Shown: positions 48,430 through 58,104 of the stretch, one piece after another
Position numbering within the stretch: position 1 is the stretch's first letter
Layout of the letters: each line of letters opens with the position of its first letter
Virus record (IMG/VR): IMGVR_UViG_3300037225_000932
Span: 32,001 to 96,000 of that record
Length of the DNA stretch: 64,000 nt
Source: a virus
Reading direction: 5' to 3' (one strand)
Position numbers and translations under genes: made by a program
The notes under the pieces: model-generated
What the model saw: only the letters and a program-made list of their open reading frames with translations
Told to the model about the DNA's origin: nothing
Databases searched by the model: none

Positions 48430-51400
48430 ATGTCTTTCATGAAAAAGGCTAAATATTTAGAACAAATAAAATTTGATGTATTAAATCTTCCAAACTGGAA
48501 AGAATATAATTTAAAGATGGTAAAAATTGCTTCAGTAGATAAAAATACTAATTTAGGTGGATTTGATATAGAAGCAATGATAAAAGAAAAACCAGAACAT
48601 CTCTTTATTAAAATTTTCGCAATAAAAAAAGATGAAGTAAATGATAATGGAGATGCTTTTTCTGAAGTAGAACTTAAAAAAGCAGCTAAAACCTTTATTG
48701 GTGTTCCTATATTCTGTAATCACCAAAATGATGATATAGAAAAAGCTAGAGGTAAATGCGTTCACGCTTGGTATGATGATCCATCCGAAGGTATTTATAT
48801 TATAGCAATGGTAGATAGGATTGCCTATCCTAGACTAGCAAGAGGCGTAGAAGAGGGTTTTATCTCTGGCACATCAATGGGATGTTCTGTAGATCACTCT
48901 TGCTGTTCAGTGTGTCATCAAAGAGCTTCGGTAGCAGATGAATATTGTGATCACATTAAAAATAGAAAAAATAAAAAATTTAGCGGAAAAATAGAATGTC
49001 AATATCACAATTCTCCATGTGAACCTAAAGATAATTGTCCCGTTTGTGGTAAAATGAAGGATGAAACTAGAGAACTAGAACATAAAGAAGCTAAAATATA
49101 TGAGCATAATTTTGATGTTAAATTTATAGAAGATAGTTTCGTCGTAAATCCAGCATGTCATTCTTGTTTAGTCCAAGAAGTTTTTAATGTTTCTGAATTG
49201 GCTAAAAAAGTTGCTAATCTAAAAGAATTAGTAGTTAAATTAGGATCAAATTGTCCTACTGGAACATGTTCTATAGCTGAAAATAAAATGATAAAAGAAG
49301 CAGGTATGTTAGAAATAGAATATCTAACAGATGCTATGGAGAAAATAGAAAAAGTAGCAAAAAGTATGATGGCACAAAAAGCTAATATTTCACTAGAATA
49401 TGTAAGCGATCTAGTAGAGACCCTTGCTAATGTTCAATCTATAGCTGATGAGTTAATTGAAATGGGATATGCTCAACTTCCTTCTCCTGATATTATAAAA
49501 GCAGATTCAGATATCAATTTAACAAAACCGGCAATGCCTATCGTTTCTCCCCCAGTTCAATCACCAGTTAAAACACCTTCGGCTCCAGATATCTCAACTC
49601 AAGATATTGGAGGAGTTGGATCTATTACTAAACCAAAAATTTCTTCTATTGAAGAAAAAAAGAAGGAATTTACAAAAGTATTTGGAAACTTAAAAGACAG
49701 ACTAGCTATATTGGCTGAAAAAATACAAAATTATCCCGATAATTATAATAAATTAAATATTAAGGAGTCTATAGGAATGGTTAACAACAAGGTTTCAGAA
49801 CAAGGTGTTATCGAAAAAACTGCTGCCCATGATACTTCTGTTATAACAGAAAAGCAATTAGATAATGCTAAATTCACAGGAGAAAGAACTAATATTTCTC
49901 CTGAAGTTATTACAGAAAAGCAATTAGATAAGCCAAAAGATGTTAATGTTACTACTAGTGAGACTCCTCAAAAAAGAACAGGCTCTCCAGATGTTATTAC
50001 AGAAAAACAGTTGGAACAAATAAAGAGTGGTTATGTTGTTCGTTGGAATGATTTTCCTGAAGTTATTACAGAAAAGCAATGGACAGATGCTAGTAGACTA
50101 ATGGGATCTTTATTAAGTGTAGATCAAACTCAAGTTATTACTGAAAAACAACTTAATGATTTTCTGTCTAAGCATAGTTATGCTGAATTGGATGTTATTA
50201 CAGAAAAACAATTAGAAGCATCAAAAACAGAACAAACAAAGAGATGGGCGAATTCAAAGGAAATAGTAAAAACTGCTATGGAAGCCATCTCTGATACTAT
50301 TGCTTATTATGGAAAAACTCCACAAGAAATAAAAGAAGCAATTAATTATCTGACCAAATCTTCTAAGGTGTTAGATAAGGCGGCATTTGTTTCTTTAATA
50401 AATGCTCTTCCAAATAAAACTAATGAAATTAAAAATGACAAACAGAAATTTATGTATTTCTCTAAGTTGGCTTCTACTTCTGTTAATACTTCTAATACTG
50501 TAGAATCTTTACTAAACAGTGTTAGTAGTAGACTTGAGAAATTTAGCACAGATGATATTTTTTCTGCTATAAAAACTATAACTGCTAGCGAAAAGGGTAT
50601 GGAACAAGTTGAGAATATAGCAAAAACTAAAATGCAATCTGGTATAGAGAACGTTAATGAGGTAGATAAAGTGGCTCAGTTTGAAAATGCCATTAACGAA
50701 TTAAATAGACCTGAAGATGGTTCTTATCAAGTTTTGGCTGGTCTATCTGAAATAGAAGCCAAACCTACTGATAAAAAAGCTTTCTTAAAAGGAGTAATAA
50801 AAGTTGCCATAAAAGAAATTAATGACAATAAAGTTAAGGTAGCTTTAACTAAAGTTGATATTGATGAAGAGAATTCGGTAGTTGTTGCTACTCTTAAAAA
50901 TGTAGAAAACTTAAATGAAGAAGAAAAGAAAACTGTAGCTCAATTTGATGATTGGATGAATAAAGATATGGAACTACTTGAACCTAAAGATTCAAATATA
51001 TTTGATCCAACTACAGATATTGATACTGAAACTCCAGAAGGTATATTTGCTGATGAGGATTTTTTTCCAACTGACGAAGAAGATATGGCAGGTTTAGATA
51101 TAGATCCAAAAGAAATAGACGAAGAAGATAATGAAAATCTTAAACTAGTTCGTCATGGAATGCCCGGCATGTCAACAATGGACAATCCACTGACTGCTTC
51201 TAGAAAAGAAAATAGAGAAAACCTAGTTAAAGAAGCTCAAATGTTTGGAGGAGAAATGGGAGGACAGGCTGGAGCATCCCAGGGACCTGGTGCTGGAGCA
51301 ACATTACCGACTCCTCCAGGAGCAGCACCAGCAGGAGGAACGCCTCCACTTGAAAGTTTTGAGAAATCAGATATGGGAGCAGATTTAGCAGGAGATGCTG

Positions 51401-54400
51401 AAGATATGTCAGCAAAGCCTCCTGGCTCTTTATGCCCTGTATGTGGAAGCACAGACTTAGATATTATTAAAGGTACTGGAAAGTGTAATAATTGTGGATC
51501 GGAAATGGTTTTTGAAATTGATGTTAAAGTAACAAAATGGTCTGGATTAACTGGAGAAAAAGAAGAAGAAAAAGAAGGTGAAAAAGAAACTGAAGGAGCA
51601 GGTTTTGAAATGCCACCAACAGAAACTCCAACTGCACCTCCTGCCGCTCCAGCAGGAGCAGGATTGGCAGAACAACCACCAGCAATGGCATCTAATAAGG
51701 ATATTATTAAACTTGGAGAGTTTGCGGAGTTTACTAAGTTGACACCAAGTTCTATTAAAAAACTAAGTGAAAGTAAGATAAAACTGGGCTCTATAAGTCC
51801 AATAACTGGTAATTCTAATACCTTATCTTTAGGCGGAAAGAAAATGTTATGCTTAGATACTGGTATTCCTTATGAATTAGATTATGTTGTAAATATTAAA
51901 AATCCAAAAGAAATTTATGCTAGATGGATTTGGAATCCTACTATAAAAATAGCTTGTGAATCTTGTTCTAGAGCAAAACAATCATTTGTTGAAGCTCTTA
52001 AAAAACTACAAGTAACTGAAGAGCAATTTGATGCTTTAGATATTAAGGAAAAAGGCAATACTATTATAGCAATGCAGAATAAGGGATTGTTAAAACAAAT
52101 AAAAACAGCAAGTGTTAAAGACAGTTCTGTAATAAGCGAAATGAAAAAGGCAATGACTAGTTTATATGGAAATAAGTTCCCATCTGAAATGTGCAGACAA
52201 AAATTAGCTATTAGATTTGGTAAGAATGCTATAGCTTTAAGTGGGCCATGTGAAGGCAAGCCATTATATGAATGTGTATGTAATTCTCTTAAGAAGGCAG
52301 GTGTATATTCTAATGGTTTAGCTATTAAAGTTGCAGAAATATGGTCAGATAAAGATGCTTCTTCTGAATGTATGGAAGATTATGTAAGAATGGGTTTTGA
52401 ACTGAAACAGGCTTCTACTATATGTTCTTCCATTAAGTCTAAATATGCACAAATGGATGATATGCTAGTTGATGAAATGAGTAATAGCGTTGAACCTAAT
52501 GTGGAAGAAGAACCTATGGTAGAAGAAAATATTGTAGATATTGAACCTTTCTCTAGAGAAAATATGGAAGAAAATATGGAAGAAGAAACAGAAGGAGTAA
52601 CTATAACTCTTCCTCTTGATGTAATTGAACAATTAGATAAAGCTGTAGACGTTGCTATGGGAGAAAATCCTGAAAATGAAGAGCATCATCAAGTAGATGT
52701 TCCTAAAACAGATGTTTCCATAGAAGTACCAGAGGGTGCAGCTAAAGAAATAGACGAGGTTGCTGATAAAGTTTTAGATGAAAATTTAGGAACAGAAACT
52801 GGTGAAGAAGAAAATAAAGAAGAAGGATCAGAAGAAACTGGAGTTGTAGAAACAACTGAAGTTGAGCCTACTAGTGAAGGTGGGAAAATAGAGACCACCG
52901 AAATTGAACCTGTTAATATAGGCGAAGAAGAAGTTAAGCCTATTACTACTGAACAAACTTCTAATCTTCCTCCGGCTTTAGTTGAAAACATTAAAGATAA
53001 AGAAGATGGAGAAAAACCATCTGAAGTTTCCGATAAATCAACACAAACATTAGAAGAAAGAGTAGAAAAGCTCGAAGAAAAGAGCGAAAATAAAACAGAG
53101 AAACCCGTTGAAAATAAAGAAGAAAAGAAAGAAAAACCAAAAGAGACAGAACAATCTGAAGAAAAACCTGAAAATAAAGAAGGAAAAGAAACAGAAGTAG
53201 TAGAAGAAGTTAAAGAAGAAGAAAAACAAGAATTAGCTGATGAAGGCGAGCAATATAAAGAAGGAAAGCCAGAAATGACAGAAACTTCGATAGAAGACAT
53301 TGTAAAAGAAGCTAATACTATGAAACCAGGATACATTGGTAGAACTGGCAGAGTAGGTTTAGATCTTTCTGGAGTAATGAATGTTCTTAATAAAAAATCT
53401 CAAAATATTAACGAGAATGTTAATCTAAAGAGTAAAGATAGAGACCTGGGAAATGCTAAAGAAAAAGCAGTTCAACAGGAAAATGCTCAAGAGAGCAAAG
53501 ATATAGGTAAGGTTAAAGATAATAAAACTATGGGTGAAGAATCTAAGTTTGATGCAAAAAAACCAGAAGTTCCAACAGGAGATGCTTTAGTAGGAAAAGA
53601 AAAAGAAATTAAAGAAATTGATCCTCCTAAAATTCCAGCAGGTAGCTCAGCAATGGGTGAAGAACAATTAGAAGGAGGAGATACTAGAGCTACTGGCGGA
53701 TCTCAGGGTCAAGGAAACTCAAGAGCAGCTTCTACCAGAGATAAATTAACTGCAATGGCAGAAAGAATTCAAAATATTATGAATAAAAAGGCTGAAGAAA
53801 AGAAACTGGCTCCGAAAGAACCAGTATCTAAAGATAAAGATATCCAGCCAATAAACGGTGATTCACAGATAGGTGATGAAAAAGAAGTAAAAGCTATTGA
53901 AGTTAAAACTACTGATGTAGAAACTAAAGATGGTTTCTTAGGAAAAGAAAAAGAAACTTTTAAAGATAAACCGTCATCACCAAAAGATAATCCTTCCATA
54001 CCGGCAGGTGGTGGAAAATTTAAAAACGAAAAGAATGTTCCTGAAAAACAGGAAAAAGATAAAGGCACTGTAATAGCAAAGTCCGAAGATGGTAAAAAAA
54101 TTGAAGCAGAAGCATTTAGAGTAGCAGGCCGCATGTTAGAAAGAGGTCAGATAAAAGCTGATCAGCTTGCTTCTAAAGTATCTGAACTAAAAGGATATAA
54201 AATGGCACAATTACATGACATTGAAAATGCTATGTTTTCTGCCAAAAAAGGACTTAACACAGTAGCAGACGGGATAGAGTTTCCCGTAGTCATTGGAGAA
54301 GAGAGTAATCATCGTAGTTCTCAAGCAGAACTGTCAAATAAGTTATCAAGCTTATTTACTCTTTCTAAAATGAACAAAAAAGCTCAAGAAATAGATTTAG

Positions 54401-54426
54401 ATTTTAACAAAGTTTTAGACAGATAA
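48430..54426 (+). CDS. Giant prohead protease/scaffold polyprotein
   Basis: N-terminal NDNGDAF, NHQ, TSMGC, DSFVVNPA protease-like domain with Cys-rich insert; acidic scaffold-like C-terminus; directly upstream of decoration protein and MCP. Confidence 0.75.
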   Translation: MSFMKKAKYLEQIKFDVLNLPNWKEYNLKMVKIASVDKNTNLGGFDIEAMIKEKPEHLFIKIFAIKKDEVNDNGDAFSEVELKKAAKTFIGVPIFCNHQNDDIEKARGKCVHAWYDDPSEGIYIIAMVDRIAYPRLARGVEEGFISGTSMGCSVDHSCCSVCHQRASVADEYCDHIKNRKNKKFSGKIECQYHNSPCEPKDNCPVCGKMKDETRELEHKEAKIYEHNFDVKFIEDSFVVNPACHSCLVQEVFNVSELAKKVANLKELVVKLGSNCPTGTCSIAENKMIKEAGMLEIEYLTDAMEKIEKVAKSMMAQKANISLEYVSDLVETLANVQSIADELIEMGYAQLPSPDIIKADSDINLTKPAMPIVSPPVQSPVKTPSAPDISTQDIGGVGSITKPKISSIEEKKKEFTKVFGNLKDRLAILAEKIQNYPDNYNKLNIKESIGMVNNKVSEQGVIEKTAAHDTSVITEKQLDNAKFTGERTNISPEVITEKQLDKPKDVNVTTSETPQKRTGSPDVITEKQLEQIKSGYVVRWNDFPEVITEKQWTDASRLMGSLLSVDQTQVITEKQLNDFLSKHSYAELDVITEKQLEASKTEQTKRWANSKEIVKTAMEAISDTIAYYGKTPQEIKEAINYLTKSSKVLDKAAFVSLINALPNKTNEIKNDKQKFMYFSKLASTSVNTSNTVESLLNSVSSRLEKFSTDDIFSAIKTITASEKGMEQVENIAKTKMQSGIENVNEVDKVAQFENAINELNRPEDGSYQVLAGLSEIEAKPTDKKAFLKGVIKVAIKEINDNKVKVALTKVDIDEENSVVVATLKNVENLNEEEKKTVAQFDDWMNKDMELLEPKDSNIFDPTTDIDTETPEGIFADEDFFPTDEEDMAGLDIDPKEIDEEDNENLKLVRHGMPGMSTMDNPLTASRKENRENLVKEAQMFGGEMGGQAGASQGPGAGATLPTPPGAAPAGGTPPLESFEKSDMGADLAGDAEDMSAKPPGSLCPVCGSTDLDIIKGTGKCNNCGSEMVFEIDVKVTKWSGLTGEKEEEKEGEKETEGAGFEMPPTETPTAPPAAPAGAGLAEQPPAMASNKDIIKLGEFAEFTKLTPSSIKKLSESKIKLGSISPITGNSNTLSLGGKKMLCLDTGIPYELDYVVNIKNPKEIYARWIWNPTIKIACESCSRAKQSFVEALKKLQVTEEQFDALDIKEKGNTIIAMQNKGLLKQIKTASVKDSSVISEMKKAMTSLYGNKFPSEMCRQKLAIRFGKNAIALSGPCEGKPLYECVCNSLKKAGVYSNGLAIKVAEIWSDKDASSECMEDYVRMGFELKQASTICSSIKSKYAQMDDMLVDEMSNSVEPNVEEEPMVEENIVDIEPFSRENMEENMEEETEGVTITLPLDVIEQLDKAVDVAMGENPENEEHHQVDVPKTDVSIEVPEGAAKEIDEVADKVLDENLGTETGEEENKEEGSEETGVVETTEVEPTSEGGKIETTEIEPVNIGEEEVKPITTEQTSNLPPALVENIKDKEDGEKPSEVSDKSTQTLEERVEKLEEKSENKTEKPVENKEEKKEKPKETEQSEEKPENKEGKETEVVEEVKEEEKQELADEGEQYKEGKPEMTETSIEDIVKEANTMKPGYIGRTGRVGLDLSGVMNVLNKKSQNINENVNLKSKDRDLGNAKEKAVQQENAQESKDIGKVKDNKTMGEESKFDAKKPEVPTGDALVGKEKEIKEIDPPKIPAGSSAMGEEQLEGGDTRATGGSQGQGNSRAASTRDKLTAMAERIQNIMNKKAEEKKLAPKEPVSKDKDIQPINGDSQIGDEKEVKAIEVKTTDVETKDGFLGKEKETFKDKPSSPKDNPSIPAGGGKFKNEKNVPEKQEKDKGTVIAKSEDGKKIEAEAFRVAGRMLERGQIKADQLASKVSELKGYKMAQLHDIENAMFSAKKGLNTVADGIEFPVVIGEESNHRSSQAELSNKLSSLFTLSKMNKKAQEIDLDFNKVLDR
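49840..50220 (+). repeat. Six VITEKQ(L/W) peptide repeats
   Basis: Seen in the translation. Confidence 0.85.
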
Positions 54427-54448
54427 GTATTTTCAAGGAGATACAAAA

Positions 54449-54982
54449 ATGGCATTGATTCCGATATTTCAAGTAGTAGCAGATGAATATTATGTTGATC
54501 CTAACTGGACAACTGATATTCTCGCGGGCAACTTCGTAACTCTCAGTGGTGGATATGCTGTCAGAGCAAATGGTAATACAGACTCGATTTTAGGTGTAGC
54601 TGGTGATACTCAAAGCACAAGCTCTTCTGTCACTCCATATGCTACACAATTAATTATTAATGGCGCAGGACAAAAAAGATGGACAGAAAATAGAGTAAGC
54701 GATTTTTACAATGAGACTGGAGCTTCAGGAAAAATCACAATCTATACTAGCGGTGGCAAGTTTGCAACCGATCTTTATGGAACTATGGTTACTACTGCTA
54801 CAGCTAATAGTCTATACGTAGGAACTACAGGTAAACTAACTTCCTCAACTCCAGGCGGAACAGCTAATGTTGTTGCAAAACTTGTAGCTGCTCCAACAGC
54901 GTGGCCAAGTGGTGTTCCTGGCACTGATGTTAGCGGTTCTACTTCTCTCGGTACCTATATTACATTTGTTCTTCAAATATAA
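54449..54982 (+). CDS. Capsid decoration/cement protein
   Basis: Small beta-rich protein between scaffold and MCP; AGNFV...LGVAGD...SGKITI...LYV...GKLT. Confidence 0.65.
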   Translation: MALIPIFQVVADEYYVDPNWTTDILAGNFVTLSGGYAVRANGNTDSILGVAGDTQSTSSSVTPYATQLIINGAGQKRWTENRVSDFYNETGASGKITIYTSGGKFATDLYGTMVTTATANSLYVGTTGKLTSSTPGGTANVVAKLVAAPTAWPSGVPGTDVSGSTSLGTYITFVLQI

Positions 54983-55062
54983 TTAAGTTTTTTTTAACTA
55001 ACTATCATTTTAGGGTTTGTTTACGAATACCTAAAAAATAGACAATAAAGGAGTTTTTTTTC

Positions 55063-55926
55063 ATGGCTTTAAACAAATTAACTGACACACAGAAAGAAGA
55101 AATTATTGCTCAAGCACTAGAAACTGACGAAGGTAGAGTTGCGTTAGCTCAAGCGATGGTCGAGCCAATACGCCGTTCGTTAGAATATCAGGCAGTAGGT
55201 CGCAAACTGTTAATGGTAGATGAGTTACCACAAGGCGCACTCGCTCGTTATGAGAGAGATGTTGCTGCCGTAGCTTGGGTTATTTCTCGTAGAGGTGCAG
55301 TTCCTGATCAAATCCAAGAGGGCGAGGAAATTTTGGTTCCTACTTTTGAAATCGCTGCTCATCCAACCGTTCGTCTGTCTGAGATCAAAGCTCGTAGATT
55401 CTACATCGTAGATAGAGCTCAGATCAAGGCTAAAGAAGCTATTCAAAAGGAAGAAGATACTAATATTTTTAGCGCTGCATTAGCTGCTGCAACAAACAGC
55501 GGTAATGTCGTAATTAACTTCGGTACTCTTTCAACTGCTTCTTTAAATGAAGCCTTCCGTATGATCGAACAGCACGACCTTGTTGCTACTAAGATCGTTA
55601 TGCACGCTAATCAGTTCGCTTCTGTTAGGGCATTCGGTAAGACTTTCTATGATGAAGCAACTCAGAGAGAAATTATAACAACTGGTCTTTATGGTCACCT
55701 ATATACTGCTGACATTCACGTTAGCTCTCGTATGGATAGCTCTACAGTTCTAGTTGTAGCTTCTCCTGATACCGTTGGAGCTTTCCCAATTCGTCAAGAT
55801 ATTACCGTATTACCTGCTGATGATCCAAAGAAACTACGTCTAGGCTGGGTAATATACGAAGAAGTTGGAATAGTTATAGTAAACGATTATTCGGTTTCTC
55901 GTATTAATGTAAGCTCTGCTACTTAA
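55063..55926 (+). CDS. Major capsid protein (HK97 fold)
   Basis: LAQAMVEPIR, RKLLMVDELPQG, VPTFEI, GWVIYEEVG; strongly biased codon usage; strong terminator downstream. Confidence 0.85.
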   Translation: MALNKLTDTQKEEIIAQALETDEGRVALAQAMVEPIRRSLEYQAVGRKLLMVDELPQGALARYERDVAAVAWVISRRGAVPDQIQEGEEILVPTFEIAAHPTVRLSEIKARRFYIVDRAQIKAKEAIQKEEDTNIFSAALAAATNSGNVVINFGTLSTASLNEAFRMIEQHDLVATKIVMHANQFASVRAFGKTFYDEATQREIITTGLYGHLYTADIHVSSRMDSSTVLVVASPDTVGAFPIRQDITVLPADDPKKLRLGWVIYEEVGIVIVNDYSVSRINVSSAT

Positions 55927-55953
55927 TATCTGAAAACACAATAGGATAAGATA

Positions 55954-55992
55954 AAAAGAGAACCTGGAGAAATTCAGGTTCTCTTTATTTTT
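55954..55992 (+). terminator. Intrinsic terminator after MCP
   Basis: aaagagaacctgga-gaaa-ttcaggttctcttt followed by a T-tract. Confidence 0.85.
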
Positions 55993-56067
55993 ATTAAAGA
56001 AATATTTCCAAATATCTCGAATATTAATAATATAATAGAATATCTCAAAAGAAGACGGAACAGAAAG

Positions 56068-56238
56068 ATACCCCGGGACACGGGGAAATTTACGCTTCAG
56101 AACAGAAATAAAAACTCTGTTATTCTTTCTTGAAAGAGTAAGGATGAGATTGAACCTCTACTTAAAAGACAGAAAAAATTTAAGCAAGCTTGATCGTTGA
56201 ATGAAGAATCCGCTAAGATTTATCTAGCGGAGTGTCAA
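56068..56238 (+). ncRNA. Orphan IS200/IS605 right end / omegaRNA-like scaffold without tnpB
   Basis: ataccccgggacacgggg hairpin; gaagaa-tccgctaaga-ttta-tctagcgga-gtgTCAA end. Confidence 0.6.
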
Positions 56239-56247
56239 TGTGAGCCA

Positions 56248-56434
56248 CTGGATTTAATTTTAGACTATTCTGCTAGTTGGGGAGCCTAGAATGTTAGAAG
56301 CAATCTCTAATGGCTATAACTATATAGGAATTGATCCTTTAACCGCTGATAGACTAAATATAATGATGAAATATTTTAATGGAAAATATCAAGTAATAAA
56401 GGGATGTAGTGAGAATGAAAAAAATGAAGCATAA
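56248..56434 (+). pseudogene. Frameshifted fragment of a SAM-dependent (DNA) methyltransferase
   Basis: ILDYSASWGA, frameshift, then RMLEAISNGYNYIGIDP...KGCSEN. Confidence 0.6.
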
Positions 56435-56768
56435 AACTAAAAAAATTATTATAAAAACAGCAGAAGTTGACGAAGAAATCGTTCCAATCGTTAAATGGCT
56501 TAATAGTTTTGAAGGTATTCAAACATTATATTCCTGTCAGGGAGGGAATATAGACTTTGAAAGTTATATTTCTTTTGTTAGCGACAATTATGAAAACATT
56601 ATTAGCGTATTAGAAACAATTCGCAACATTCAAAATCAAAATGAAAAATGTTTCATGAGAACAGAAGTAGATTATAATAATAGTATATTTCCACTTAGAT
56701 ATACAATTAGATGGTATGATAATAAAAGTATGCTTGATTTTTGTAGATTTTTAAGAAATAAAAAATAG
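56409..56768 (+). CDS. Phage hypothetical protein
   Basis: VDEEI..IV.WLN...IQTLYSCQG motif. Confidence 0.55.
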   Translation: MRMKKMKHKTKKIIIKTAEVDEEIVPIVKWLNSFEGIQTLYSCQGGNIDFESYISFVSDNYENIISVLETIRNIQNQNEKCFMRTEVDYNNSIFPLRYTIRWYDNKSMLDFCRFLRNKK

Positions 56769-56802
56769 ATAAAAGAGTGTATTCATTAAAAAAATTATTT
56801 TT

Positions 56803-56829
56803 AATCCATCACTTAAAAAATGATGGATT
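56803..56829. terminator. Hairpin between convergent genes
   Basis: aatccatca-N9-tgatggatt. Confidence 0.6.
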
Positions 56830-56830
56830 T

Positions 56831-57289
56831 TTATTTTTTCCATACACCAATATATTTAACTAATGATGGAAATATAAGACAAATATTATCTTCATTTTGT
56901 GTTGCTTCTATTTTTCTTGATTTTAGAAAATCTACCCAGGCTGGTGTTGGATATAAGAATATCCCTTCTGGAACATCCGAGAAAGTATCATAGTTAAAAA
57001 ATTCATTTTCTTTTCCTACGATTTTTGTTGTCTCGGGATGTTTTTCGTAAATATCTGCAAATTCTTGTAGTATTTTTTTTGCTGACATAGAATTTGAATT
57101 TAATATTTTTATAGATCTTATTGGTTTATACATTGATACCACTTCTCCGTATCCTAAAGCTTTTTGAGGATTTGTAGTAAAAAATGTAGCAGATGAAAAC
57201 CTTGGTTGAGGATTTGGGTCTGGTTTGGGAGTGCCACGATATAAAACAGGAAAATCAACTAAAGATTGAGATAATTTATACCAGTTCAT
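56831..57289 (-). CDS. ADP-ribosyltransferase-fold-like protein with an MNWYKLSQ N-terminus
   Basis: LYRG...FFTT....A..YG pattern; ATG 57289 lies just downstream of the promoter motif. Confidence 0.5.
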   Translation of the reverse strand: MNWYKLSQSLVDFPVLYRGTPKPDPNPQPRFSSATFFTTNPQKALGYGEVVSMYKPIRSIKILNSNSMSAKKILQEFADIYEKHPETTKIVGKENEFFNYDTFSDVPEGIFLYPTPAWVDFLKSRKIEATQNEDNICLIFPSLVKYIGVWKK

Positions 57290-57349
57290 AATGTGTTTTA
57301 CTGTTAAAAAATACATTTACCTTTAATAATAATAATTTTGCGCAAAATA

Positions 57350-57447
57350 AAAGGATAACACTATTTTGTCTTGTATTATATATTAAGATATTTAATATAT
57401 TTCTTAAAAAAACAAAAAGGAATATTTTTATTTGTCTTGTATAAATA
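57350..57447 (+). promoter_or_regulatory. Two tandem AAAGGA-N17-GTAT promoters
   Basis: At 57350 and 57416, both ending TTTGTCTTGTAT. Confidence 0.6.
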
Positions 57448-57485
57448 GATAACATTAAAATATTTTTCAAGGAGAATGATATAAA

Positions 57486-57971
57486 ATGACTACAAAAATT
57501 AGTGCGATAGCAAAACCAAGAATACTTTTAACTGGCACTTTAATTACTAAAGCAGGTAAAAAAGTTTCTCTGGTAAGTTATGATTGGTCAAACATAGCGG
57601 ACAAATCTGTTCCAGCATCCGTTCACTCTTATGCTGATTATCAGACATTTCTTAATAGTGTAACTATTACAATGACTACTGTTTATCCGTCAGTAACATA
57701 TAGTAATATACATGCAAGTAGTTCTCGTATAAGAGGTCTTCTCTCAACAGATCAAAACCATGCTAATATTCTTTATAATTTTAGTTTAAAACATCCATCC
57801 CCAAATGATTGTAACGTTTATTATGAAGCATTCACTTTGAAGAAAAATTCTGTTAAACTAACAAGTCATGTAACTATTGCTGATGGAACAATGTTCCCAA
57901 TCACAGCATTAGTTTTGTATAGAGGCCAAATAGGTGAAGTAAATAGAGTTTATATTAGACTAACTAACTAA
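57486..57971 (+). CDS. Putative virion structural protein
   Basis: AAGGAG RBS; two tandem promoter motifs upstream. Confidence 0.55.
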   Translation: MTTKISAIAKPRILLTGTLITKAGKKVSLVSYDWSNIADKSVPASVHSYADYQTFLNSVTITMTTVYPSVTYSNIHASSSRIRGLLSTDQNHANILYNFSLKHPSPNDCNVYYEAFTLKKNSVKLTSHVTIADGTMFPITALVLYRGQIGEVNRVYIRLTN

Positions 57972-57993
57972 TTAAACATATTTATTAAACATA

Positions 57994-58050
57994 TTTATTA
58001 AATAAAATAAGAAGTTCACAAATTGTGAACTTCTTATTTTATTTAATAAA
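57994..58050. repeat. Perfect 28-bp inverted repeat with 1-nt spacer
   Basis: tttattaaataaaataagaagttcacaa-a-ttgtgaacttcttattttatttaataaa. Confidence 0.9.
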
Positions 58051-58104
58051 GGAAGATATATTTTTTGATAGTATAATAAATATACTATTTTATCAGGAAA
58101 TAAT

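Noticed and set aside
23681-54134. Antisense ORFs inside RNR, portal and scaffold genes (e.g. 23681, 46445, 52689, 53769)
   Set aside because: Fully overlap well-supported genes, lack recognisable motifs, and mirror low-complexity sense codons
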